A DNA stretch of 64,000 nucleotides from Alphaproteobacteria bacterium (GTDB taxonomy: Bacteria; Pseudomonadota; Alphaproteobacteria; SP197): NCBI GenBank assembly GCA_964291265.2, contig OZ219747.1:3872001-3936000 (forward strand), read 5' to 3'. Below, in pieces: positions 56,301 to 64,000 of this stretch. Position numbers and translations under genes: made by a program. Position 1 is the first letter of the stretch, and each line of letters opens with the position of its first letter. The notes under the pieces are model-generated. The model was given only the letters and a program-made list of their open reading frames with translations. It was not told the DNA's origin and did not search any database.

Positions 56301-59300
56301 GACGACACCACGGCGGCGCTCACGCTGACCGGGACGCCGGTGACGGTGGCGCCCGGTTCCACGGCGACCTACACGGTGGCGCTGACGAAGGCCTATGCGG
56401 GGACACTGCGGGTGACGAGCGACGACACGGCGGCGGCGCGGGTCAGTCCGGCGAGCCTGACCTTCACCACCAGCAACTACAGCACGGCGCGGACGGTGAC
56501 GGTGACCGGGGTGGCGAACGGCACGGCGGTGATCAACCACGCCTTCCGTCTGACGGGAGCTTCTGCGGATGCGATTCCCGACGCGGGCACGGTGGACGTG
56601 ACGGTGGCCGATACGCCGGGGGTGACGGTGTCGACGGCGGCGCTGACGGTGGCGGAAGGCGGCAGCAGGACGTACACGATGCGGCTGAACACGCCGCCGA
56701 CATCGGATGTGACGATCACGGTGGCGGGCGCGTCGGGGGACGTGACGGTGACGGGCGCGTCGCTGACCTTCACCAGAGCCAACTGGAACCAGCCGCAGAC
56801 GGTGACGGTGAACGCAGGCACGGACACGGACACGACGACGGACGCCGCCGTAACGCTGACCCACAGCGCGTCTGGCGGCGGCTACGCCTCGGTGACCATC
56901 GCCTCTGTGGTGGTGAGCGTGGCGGAGAAGGATGTGGCGCCCGGGAAGCCGGCCGGCCTTGCCGGCGCGGCGGGCAACGCTTCGGTGACGCTGAGCTGGA
57001 CCGACCCGGACAATCCGACCATCACCAAGTGGCAGGTGCGGCGGAAGGCCGGCAGCGACGACTGGGGCGCGTGGGAGGACATTCCCGGCTCCGCTGCGGG
57101 CACCACCAGCTACGAGGTGAGCGGTCTGACGAACGGCACTGCCTACCAGTTCGAGGTGCGCGCGGTGAACGGGGCCGGCAACGGCGCCGGTCCGGATGCG
57201 CCGGTGACGGCGACGCCGGCGGCGCCGGTGGCGCCCGGCGGAGGCGGCGGTGGCGGTGGCGGAGGCGGCACGACGCCCACCGCAGACGCAAGCGTGACGG
57301 TGACACCGACCGCGCTGACGGTGGCGGAGGGGAGCAGTGCGGCCTACACGGTGGTGCTGGACACGGAACCCTCGGGCGAGGTCACGGTGACGGTGGGCGG
57401 CGCTTCGGGCGAGGTGACGGTGGAACCGGCGAGCCTGACCTTCACCACGGCCAACTGGGACACGGCGCAACGGGTGACGGTGCGCGCGGCCCGTGACGAG
57501 GACACGACCGACGACACGGCGACGCTGACCCATGGTGCGAGCGGCGGGGGCTACGCTTCGGTGACCATCGATTCGGTGGCGGTGACGGTGACGGACACGA
57601 CGCTCTTGCCGGTGCTGACCCTGGCGCAGGATCCGGCGGCGGTGACCGAGGGCGAGGCCATCCGCCTCGTGGTGAGCGCCGACCGGGCGCTGACGGGCAG
57701 TCTGCGGGTGAGCCTGACCCTGGCGTCCCGGGACGGCGGCGGCTTCGATGCCGGTGACGTTCCGGGCGGTCTGGGTCCGCGTTCGTTCGATGCGGTGTTC
57801 GGCGCCGCGGGGCGGCGAACGGGCGTGGTGACGATCCCGACGGCGGCCGATGCGGATGCGGAAGGCGCGGAAGCCTACCGCATCACGCTGAACGATGCGG
57901 CGGACTACGTGGTGGGGAACGACGCCACGGCGCTTGGCGTTCTGCGCGACCGGGCGGCGGGGTCCATGGCAAGGTCGAACCGGGTGAATGCGGCGGTGCT
58001 GCCGCACGTGGCGGCGGCGGCGATGTCGCAGACCCTGGGGGCGGTGACGGGTCGCATCGAGGCGGTGGCCTCCGGCGAGGGGGGCGGCACGGTGCAGTTC
58101 GGCGCCCTGCCGTCACCGGTGGAGGACGCGTGGGCGTCGCCGCACCCGGAGGAGCCCGGCCCGAGCATGGCCGAGGTGCTGGACGGCGCCTCCTTCACCC
58201 TGGCGGCGGGCGCCGAGGGCGAGGCCTCCGCGCCGCCGCTGGCCGTGTGGGGCCGGGGCGCGTGGCTGTCGCTGTCGGGTTCGCAAGGCGGCGTGTCGTG
58301 GGACGGCGGCCTGTGGTCGGCGCAGCTGGGGGCGGACGTGCGCCTGCGCCCCGACCTTCTGGCCGGGGCGGCGCTCTCCCATGTGCGGGGCGAGCTGGAC
58401 ACGCAGACGGACCAGGTGAAGGGCGTCCACGAGACCACGATCACGTCGGTGCATCCCTATGCGGCGTGGTTGCTGGCGGACGGCTCGACCCTGTGGGCGA
58501 GCCTCGGCTACGGGACCGGCGAGGTGCGGATTGCCGAGGAGGGGGCGCCGGTGCGCAGCACGGACCTGGCGCAGTGGAGCGCGGCGGCGGGCGCCCGCAG
58601 CGTCCTCATCGAGCATGCGGACCTCATCGAGGGCGGCATGACGCGCCTTGCGGTCAAGGGCGAGGGCGCGCTGGCGCGCCTGCGCACGGAGGCCGATGAC
58701 GGCCTGGCGGGACTGACGGCGAGGACGACCCGCCTGCGGCTGCTGCTGGAGGGGTCGCACGAGCATGCGCTGGCAAGCGGTGCGACGCTGACCCCGGCCC
58801 TGGAGGCGGGGGTGCGCCATGACGCGGGCGACGCCGCCGAGGGGGCGGGCCTCGAGGCCGGGGCGAGCGTGACATGGCGGGACCCGGCGGAGGGTCTGAC
58901 GGCGGAGCTGCGCACGCGGCTCCTGGCGGCCCACGAGGCGGACCGTGACGAGTGGGGTGTGAGCGCCCTGGTGCGCCTCGACCCCGGGGCCGACGGGCTT
59001 GGAACCTTCCTCGCCTTCGGTCCCGCGCACGGGCGCACGGAGAGTGATCTGGGAGAACTGTTCGACCACGGCCTGCCCGCGGCCGTCTCCGACACGACAT
59101 CGGCAGAGGGCCGCCTGGAGGCGGAGGCGGGCCACGGCTTCGGCCTCGCCGGTCCGGGGCCTCTCGTGGTGCTCACCCCCTGGGCGGGCTTGAGCCTGGC
59201 GGAGACCGGCGGGCGCACCCTGCGGCTCGGCGCCCGCTACCGCATGGGCGCGGGACTCTCCCTCGGCCTCGAGGGCGCGCACCGGCCGGGGCCGGTCAGC

Positions 59301-59339
59301 GAAGACAGCCTCATGCTGCGCGGCGCCCTCAACTGGTAG
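53388..59339 (+). CDS. Large autotransporter adhesin: ~8 FN3 domains, Ig/Calx-beta-like repeats, poly-Gly linker, C-terminal beta-barrel; probable true start ATG 53251 across the C11 frameshift
   Basis: Signal peptide ending AQA; repeated V.LTW...VTGL..GT.Y.F.VRA FN3 motifs; four 'LTV.EG.S..YTV.L'-type units; barrel strands VWGRG, LGADV, TPALEAGVRHDAGD; terminal Trp. Confidence 0.9.
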   Translation: MGALGRTVRRLSAELAALFLITLAAALAPQDAQAQEKPALTATAGVGSVTLTWTRTGNTGFGYWVYRQGVTGGGYGDWIDIPGGATIRAHTVTGLTAGTSYTFQVARAEGTGLNFSVFASGGGYSNGASATPTAATTTTPAAPTGLTATPGGPAQVLLTWTKPTGTITGYKLRYAKTPSKASATWGTMTGSGANTVRHMVTGLDNGSEYSFMIRAVNASGDGAATGWVTATPADSCPGVGAPTNLSLAPRSDGFAVTWTAPTDVLRNGWELSYKKTGGSSTSVTISNAAATSHTLTGLEAGTEYEIALQATHPFNPDPTASCPPGSRAKATGTTTAAATAGVTISPTSLTVEEGSSETYTVKLDKAPSANVTITVGGASGEVTVAGSPLTFTPSNFSTAQTITVRAAADDDTLDDTATLTHAASSTDTDYGASLDIDDVDVTVTDTTPILQLLTDPAAVTEGTAISLTVTSDKAQTGDLTVSMVLSDRGSSGFDADDITGTLGPRAFIVAFGNTASTTGTVTIPTSTDSTVEGAETYRITLEGGAGTYKVGTDATADGTLNDGTTASVPAAPAGLSAEAGNAQVKLTWTDPDDDSITRYRVQQRKGTAAWGSWTAIPGSDADTVSYTVTGLTNDSEYRFRIRARNSGGNGAASAVVEATPSASAAVPKPVLSAEAGYARVTLSWSALSGVTVASWGYQYKPAGGSWIRTRTVTGASTTSTTVTGLTIGTEYTFRLFAAVSPGVQSVWSDQVKATPTNTVPKPVLTAAGGDASVTLSWSALTGIPITSWGYQYKSTGGWSTTTTLTGASRTSVRVTGLTKGTDYTFRLFAAVRPGEQSVWSDQVTAKTDPAAPVLTAATSTTNGQIDLTWTHAGGSNELSDADDYVKDAAKFHWWRAQTRLKGASTWTDHSLNQASARQNPGSRNNRLLLNYPDGASVEVRVRATGYRMAGVAGGTGNLQGPWSNIRTVTFKDDTTAALTLTGTPVTVAPGSTATYTVALTKAYAGTLRVTSDDTAAARVSPASLTFTTSNYSTARTVTVTGVANGTAVINHAFRLTGASADAIPDAGTVDVTVADTPGVTVSTAALTVAEGGSRTYTMRLNTPPTSDVTITVAGASGDVTVTGASLTFTRANWNQPQTVTVNAGTDTDTTTDAAVTLTHSASGGGYASVTIASVVVSVAEKDVAPGKPAGLAGAAGNASVTLSWTDPDNPTITKWQVRRKAGSDDWGAWEDIPGSAAGTTSYEVSGLTNGTAYQFEVRAVNGAGNGAGPDAPVTATPAAPVAPGGGGGGGGGGGTTPTADASVTVTPTALTVAEGSSAAYTVVLDTEPSGEVTVTVGGASGEVTVEPASLTFTTANWDTAQRVTVRAARDEDTTDDTATLTHGASGGGYASVTIDSVAVTVTDTTLLPVLTLAQDPAAVTEGEAIRLVVSADRALTGSLRVSLTLASRDGGGFDAGDVPGGLGPRSFDAVFGAAGRRTGVVTIPTAADADAEGAEAYRITLNDAADYVVGNDATALGVLRDRAAGSMARSNRVNAAVLPHVAAAAMSQTLGAVTGRIEAVASGEGGGTVQFGALPSPVEDAWASPHPEEPGPSMAEVLDGASFTLAAGAEGEASAPPLAVWGRGAWLSLSGSQGGVSWDGGLWSAQLGADVRLRPDLLAGAALSHVRGELDTQTDQVKGVHETTITSVHPYAAWLLADGSTLWASLGYGTGEVRIAEEGAPVRSTDLAQWSAAAGARSVLIEHADLIEGGMTRLAVKGEGALARLRTEADDGLAGLTARTTRLRLLLEGSHEHALASGATLTPALEAGVRHDAGDAAEGAGLEAGASVTWRDPAEGLTAELRTRLLAAHEADRDEWGVSALVRLDPGADGLGTFLAFGPAHGRTESDLGELFDHGLPAAVSDTTSAEGRLEAEAGHGFGLAGPGPLVVLTPWAGLSLAETGGRTLRLGARYRMGAGLSLGLEGAHRPGPVSEDSLMLRGALNW
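55381..55938 (+). repeat. Intragenic tandem duplication of an FN3 module (279-bp period)
   Basis: CGGTTCCCAAGCCGGT at 55381 and 55660; shared GAGCTGGGGCTATCAGTACAAG and CAGTCGGTGTGGTCGGA blocks. Confidence 0.85.
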
Positions 59340-59717
59340 GAGAGGCGGAGCCGAGCACCTTCCCGGCGGCACGGCGCCCGTCGGATACCGCCGCGTCACG
59401 GCATCCGAGCCGTGTCTCGCGCCCGACACCTGAAACAACAACTGATGGATGAGCGGCAGCATCGTCATGCCGAGGTCTACGCAACACTTCATGATGTCGC
59501 GTGAGGCAGAACTGTCCAACGCTCACCGGGTTCTCTTCGGGCATGCAAATCGGAATCCGCACACGTCATTCTGTCATGTTGCAACCGTGCTCCCGAACTG
59601 CCATGAACGTCGTCGTATCTGGTCGAATCGGGCGCAGGCCAAAACCCATGTCTTCGTGCCGCCATCCCGTGCAACCTGATTCCCGTATCCAGCCGGCCGA
59701 TGTCGGGCAAGCTGCTC

Positions 59718-62700
59718 TCAGTCAAGCAGGCGCAGGATGCTGCCGCTTTCCTCGTTCCCCGGAACGTCCACCGTACCCTCATCGTCTTCGCCCGACACAG
59801 GCGGAGGCGATTCCGGAGTCCCCTCCTCCTCCAGGACCCAGAGAAGGAGTGAACCGCCATCCTCTTCCGGCTCAATGACGAGAGTTTCACTCTCCGGCAC
59901 GCCGGGTTCAGCCGCTGCCGGCTCATCGGATGGAGTGGGCGGCTCTTCTTTCGGCAGGAGAACGGGTTCGCTGACGAGATGCGTCTCCAGCCGTCTGGTG
60001 TCGACGACAAGATCGGTTTCGTCGAGGGGGCCGGCGACGATCATGGAGACCTCCGGGAGACCGACGCTGCCGGTCAACTGCACCGACCCGGCAAGACTGA
60101 CCCAGCGGCGCGGCAGATCGACCTCAAGCTCATAGACGCCTTCGGCGCCATTGAAGATGACGGAGAGATCATCGGAGCGGATGACACCCTTCGACATGGA
60201 AAGGGACGCGTCAGCCGTGATGATGCCGGACGTGCCCTCACCGGTGGAACGCGAAATCCCTTCTGCGATTTCGGCACTCTCCCCACCGGCGGCCAGCAGA
60301 CCCGCCATCGCCTGAAAATCGAAACCCTCCACCGCGCCACGCTGGAGCGAAAACCGTCCCTCACCGGCAAGGCTCTGCAGGAGATCGTCGCCCTTCAGCC
60401 CCCGCGCCGTCCCGTCGACCGCGAGGAGAAGGCGGCCGGAGAGCGTGTCCCGCTCCGCCATGGCAGAGAATATCTCCCGGAGTTCAACGTCCTCGAAGGC
60501 AAGGGAGTAGGTCACCTCGTGGGGCAGACCGTGACGGACGGTGCCGGAAACCAGAACGGTTCCGCCGAAGAGCGATCCCGACAGGGTCTCGAGATGAAGG
60601 AGGCCGTCCTCGGCCCCGGAGCGCAGGAGAACGTCATCGAGCGCCAAGCCGCCGACGACGAGGTGATCCGCAGCAAGGTCGACGCGTCCATCCACCTCAC
60701 CGATGGCCTCGACAAGCGGGCCGGCCAGGACATCGAGCTTGATCGTGTCCGCATCGAGAAGAAGGTTGACCACCGGCCGGACGGCGGATGCCGACCACTC
60801 GGCCGCACCCTCGAACGAAGAGGGCCCCATGGTGACCCGCTCAAACACGACACGTCCTTCCTCGAGCGACCCGGCGGCCTTGACGGCGACATCGAGCGGC
60901 CCTTCCAGGTCCGCACTCACGGCGAGGCCCACGCGGTCCATCAGGTCACCGGGATCGGCATGTCTGAGAACAGCTCTTCCTTCTTCAAGAACTCCGTTCC
61001 GCAGACGGCCATGGACGTCGAACGCGGCACCAAGGGTATCGGCGGCAACGGCAAGGTTCATTTCGAGGGGTGTCCAGTTGACATCGGTGGAGAGCGTGAA
61101 GGCATCACCCTCACTTCCGGGCAGGTCGAGCCCGGCAAGACTCGCCGCAGCCGCGAGACTCGCCCCTTCGACGTCAATGGCGCCTCGAAACGACGGGTCG
61201 GCGAGCGGTTGATTGAGGTGGCCTTCGACGGCGAAGTCCGCAACAGCGGTCGTCAGCGAACCCTCGAGGTCGACGCTCTCGAACGTCCCACGCACGGCAA
61301 GAGTCAGGTCCACGTTCCCCAAGCGCTGCAGATCGACCGGCGATTCGATGTCGGCCCCGCGCACGACGGCGTCCACGTCCGCCGTCCCGATCTCGACGTC
61401 GAACGCCAAGGCCCGGCGAACCGGTTCAATCGTCCCGGTTGCCCTGACTGCAGCACCCCAGACATCGCGTGCCTCGAGGCGTCGAAACTCCAGGGCGCCC
61501 TGGTTCAGGGCGCCATCGACAGACACCCCGGCGGCGACAACATCGCCCATGACCAGTGTTCCGACCTCGCTCCTGACATCGATGTCGAACCCGGTCCAAT
61601 CCATCTCCGGAAAGGTGCCCACCAGGCCGACGGGAAGATAGGCGTCGAGCGCCAGTTCATCGATGCCGAGATCGGCAATGAAACTCCTCTTGTCAGTGAA
61701 GAGACCGATGAGTGTCCCGGTCACACGCGATGAATCGAGAACAAGATCCATGCCGGACAGGACAGCGGAACTTGGCGTCGCCTCACAGTGCGCCGACAAT
61801 CGAGCGGTCCTCAACCGGTCCCTCGGAACACTCTCCACGTCCATCCCGAGCCATGCGAGCGCATTCCTGAGATCGCTCGATGTGATGTCAATCGGCCCAC
61901 GAAAGATTGGCACATCACCCTTGATGCTGACAACACCGGTCACCGTGGCGTGCGTGTTGCCCGGCAGGAGCGCTGCGGCACGCTCGATGTCAATCGTGCC
62001 GTCAGCGGCGGACGCCACCACTTCGACCTGTCGTGCCGCCTGATTCCGATAGAGGGCATGTTCGACCGTGACATCCAAGGCGACGTGACGCTGGCGCAAC
62101 CAGGCGAACGCAGGGTGGTCACTCTGAATCTCCCGAGCCAACGCCACAAGACGATCAAGATCAAGCCTGCTGGAGGTCATGTGGACTGCCAGCTCGCCTG
62201 GCGACGATTCGATGGCGCCGAAGGCAACCGAGTCATCGAGCTGCAAGGCGAGGTCGCTGATTTCGACCGTGTCGGCGCCAATCGACATGACGGCATCGAA
62301 CGATGTCGGCAACGTTTGAGCCCCGGCAAGTCCCGTCAATCTGCCAAGGTCCGCGATATCCAGTCTCACGGTGCCAGCGAAACGGGCGTCGCTCTTCCAG
62401 TCCTGGAGGCTCCCCGCTGCCCGCAACGAGACGCCCTCGTCGGACACAATGGCAAAACTCACCGGAAGAGACTTTCGGGTCAGCCGCCCAAGGGCAGCGT
62501 CGACGGTCCATTGTCCGACATGTCCCGAAAGACTGCCGGTGATCTCGAAGGGGCCATCCACCCCCTTGGACTCAACGGCAAGATCAAGACCCTCGAACAC
62601 GCGGGTTCCGTGGAGCTCACTGTGCCAGGTCACCGTGGCATCGACAATCTCGATGGCATCGATCCGGACAGCCGAGCGAGAATTCGCCGCCGCAGCAGAG

Positions 62701-63059
62701 AGAGAACCGGCCATGTCGGGGCCACCGATTGTGAGGACCGGTCTGACAACCCTGATCCGCTCGACAGCAAGATCAAGGGACAGAAGTGATGTCAGGGAAA
62801 CGACAGCATGGACTTCCGGCAAGCGGAGCCAGGGAGCGTTCCTGTCACCGATGGTGACGTCGTTCAGCGCCACCTTGAGATCGGGGACGAGCGCCAGGCT
62901 CAGGTCGCCGGAAACCGTCACGTCACGCCCGGTCAGCGCCTCGAGTTGTCTCTCAACCTCGCCACGGTACCGTTCGAGATCGCGTGTCAGGACCCACACG
63001 GCCCCGGCGGCCAGCACCACCGCCATGAGGGCCGCCCCCATCAGCAAGACTATACGCAA
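59718..63059 (-). CDS. AsmA-family protein
   Basis: N-terminal TM, LEALTGRDVTVSGDLSL, repeated beta-groove pattern, LLPGNT, LFGG, G..EGFD, acidic tail. Confidence 0.85.
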   Translation of the reverse strand: MRIVLLMGAALMAVVLAAGAVWVLTRDLERYRGEVERQLEALTGRDVTVSGDLSLALVPDLKVALNDVTIGDRNAPWLRLPEVHAVVSLTSLLSLDLAVERIRVVRPVLTIGGPDMAGSLSAAAANSRSAVRIDAIEIVDATVTWHSELHGTRVFEGLDLAVESKGVDGPFEITGSLSGHVGQWTVDAALGRLTRKSLPVSFAIVSDEGVSLRAAGSLQDWKSDARFAGTVRLDIADLGRLTGLAGAQTLPTSFDAVMSIGADTVEISDLALQLDDSVAFGAIESSPGELAVHMTSSRLDLDRLVALAREIQSDHPAFAWLRQRHVALDVTVEHALYRNQAARQVEVVASAADGTIDIERAAALLPGNTHATVTGVVSIKGDVPIFRGPIDITSSDLRNALAWLGMDVESVPRDRLRTARLSAHCEATPSSAVLSGMDLVLDSSRVTGTLIGLFTDKRSFIADLGIDELALDAYLPVGLVGTFPEMDWTGFDIDVRSEVGTLVMGDVVAAGVSVDGALNQGALEFRRLEARDVWGAAVRATGTIEPVRRALAFDVEIGTADVDAVVRGADIESPVDLQRLGNVDLTLAVRGTFESVDLEGSLTTAVADFAVEGHLNQPLADPSFRGAIDVEGASLAAAASLAGLDLPGSEGDAFTLSTDVNWTPLEMNLAVAADTLGAAFDVHGRLRNGVLEEGRAVLRHADPGDLMDRVGLAVSADLEGPLDVAVKAAGSLEEGRVVFERVTMGPSSFEGAAEWSASAVRPVVNLLLDADTIKLDVLAGPLVEAIGEVDGRVDLAADHLVVGGLALDDVLLRSGAEDGLLHLETLSGSLFGGTVLVSGTVRHGLPHEVTYSLAFEDVELREIFSAMAERDTLSGRLLLAVDGTARGLKGDDLLQSLAGEGRFSLQRGAVEGFDFQAMAGLLAAGGESAEIAEGISRSTGEGTSGIITADASLSMSKGVIRSDDLSVIFNGAEGVYELEVDLPRRWVSLAGSVQLTGSVGLPEVSMIVAGPLDETDLVVDTRRLETHLVSEPVLLPKEEPPTPSDEPAAAEPGVPESETLVIEPEEDGGSLLLWVLEEEGTPESPPPVSGEDDEGTVDVPGNEESGSILRLLD

Positions 63060-63215
63060 CCTTATCTGTCTCCTTCACACCCGAAGTCGTCCGGTGAGAA
63101 ACCTGGCACGCCGTGGAAGGCGTTATCATGGCACTCATCCGCCTGCCAGTGAATCCAGGCTGTCCACATGCTTGTCATGAACAGGAAAGCGAACCTGTGT
63201 TAGGAGAGGCCCGTC

Positions 63216-64000
63216 ATGCAGGATGTCTGCCCATCTCCCCTCCTTGAAGACCTCAACGAGGCGCAGCGCGAGGCGGTCGAGGCCCTTGACGGGCCTGTCC
63301 TCGTGCTCGCCGGCGCGGGTACCGGGAAGACCCGTGTGCTGACCGTGCGTCTTGCCCGCCTCATCGAGACAGGCAGGGCATGGCCTGGCCAGATACTTGC
63401 GGTGACCTTCACCAACAAGGCCGCCGGCGAGATGTCGGAACGGGTGAGTGCTCTCATCGGACAGTCCACCGCCGGTCTGTGGATCGGCACCTTTCACAGC
63501 ATCGGCGCGCGTATGCTGCGTCGCCATGCGGAACTCGTGCGTCTGAAGACGGGGTTCACGATCATCGATACCGACGATCAGGTTCGCCTGGCGCGCGAAC
63601 TCGTCGAGGCCGCCAACATCGATGACAAGCGCTGGCCCCCTCGCATGCTCTCGTTCCTGATCCAGAAATGGAAGGACAAGGGATGGAACCCCGATCAGCT
63701 GCCCGGAGAAGAATCGGGGGCGTTCGCTCACGGCAAGGGCCAAGCCCTCTACCGCGCCTATCAGGAGCGTCTCGAATCCATCAACGCCGCTGACTTCGGA
63801 GACCTGCTGCTCAAGCCCTACCGCCTCTGCCTCGACTACCCGGATGTGCTCGACACATGGCACAGGCGGTTCCGCTACATCCTCGTCGATGAATACCAGG
63901 ACACCAACGCGATCCAGTACCTGTGGCTGCGCTTACTCGCCCGCGGATCGGGCAACATTTGCTGCGTCGGCGATGACGACCAGTCGATCTACGGCTGGCG
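63216..64000 (+). CDS. uvrD: UvrD/PcrA-family DNA helicase II (3' end beyond the right window edge)
   Basis: Manual translation: LNEAQREAV...VLAGAGTGKTRVLT, AVTFTNKAA, GTFHS, DFGDLL, LVDEYQDTN, VGDDDQSIYGW; RBS AGGAG upstream. Confidence 0.93.
   Translation, partial: MQDVCPSPLLEDLNEAQREAVEALDGPVLVLAGAGTGKTRVLTVRLARLIETGRAWPGQILAVTFTNKAAGEMSERVSALIGQSTAGLWIGTFHSIGARMLRRHAELVRLKTGFTIIDTDDQVRLARELVEAANIDDKRWPPRMLSFLIQKWKDKGWNPDQLPGEESGAFAHGKGQALYRAYQERLESINAADFGDLLLKPYRLCLDYPDVLDTWHRRFRYILVDEYQDTNAIQYLWLRLLARGSGNICCVGDDDQSIYGW

Noticed and set aside
53388-59339. Diversity-generating retroelement target in the adhesin
   Set aside because: No reverse transcriptase and no template/variable repeat pair differing specifically at adenines; the internal repeats differ at all base types.

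Overview
64 kb of a high-GC alphaproteobacterial chromosome, inferred from a permuted two-piece tmRNA, alpha-type SspB, thyX and the hflK-hflC-degP-miaA-ilv and mreBCD-mrdA-rodA gene orders. It is mostly housekeeping DNA: two CIRCE-controlled groESL operons, his, ilv, mre, fumC, iron ABC genes, asmA and uvrD. Accessory features: (1) a complete IS66-family element (5612-8494, 8-bp target duplication CCTTGTCG) whose tnpC is split by a 660-nt group II intron lacking its own ORF; excising the intron restores an in-frame ~598-aa transposase. (2) A ~2000-aa FN3-rich autotransporter whose best ribosome-binding site and ATG are put out of frame by a C11 tract, a likely phase-variation switch. (3) An atypical his operon with a HisA-HisI-HisE fusion, plus a HisD paralog with swapped Zn ligands, between the two groESL copies. 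(4) A ~4 kb insert (decayed histidine kinase, solute-binding protein, HAMP protein with no output domain, OFA transporter) between miaA and ilvB, next to a C24 tract. (5) A Fur-box-marked fumC/Fe3+-uptake cluster. All calls come from reading the sequence; no database searches were run.
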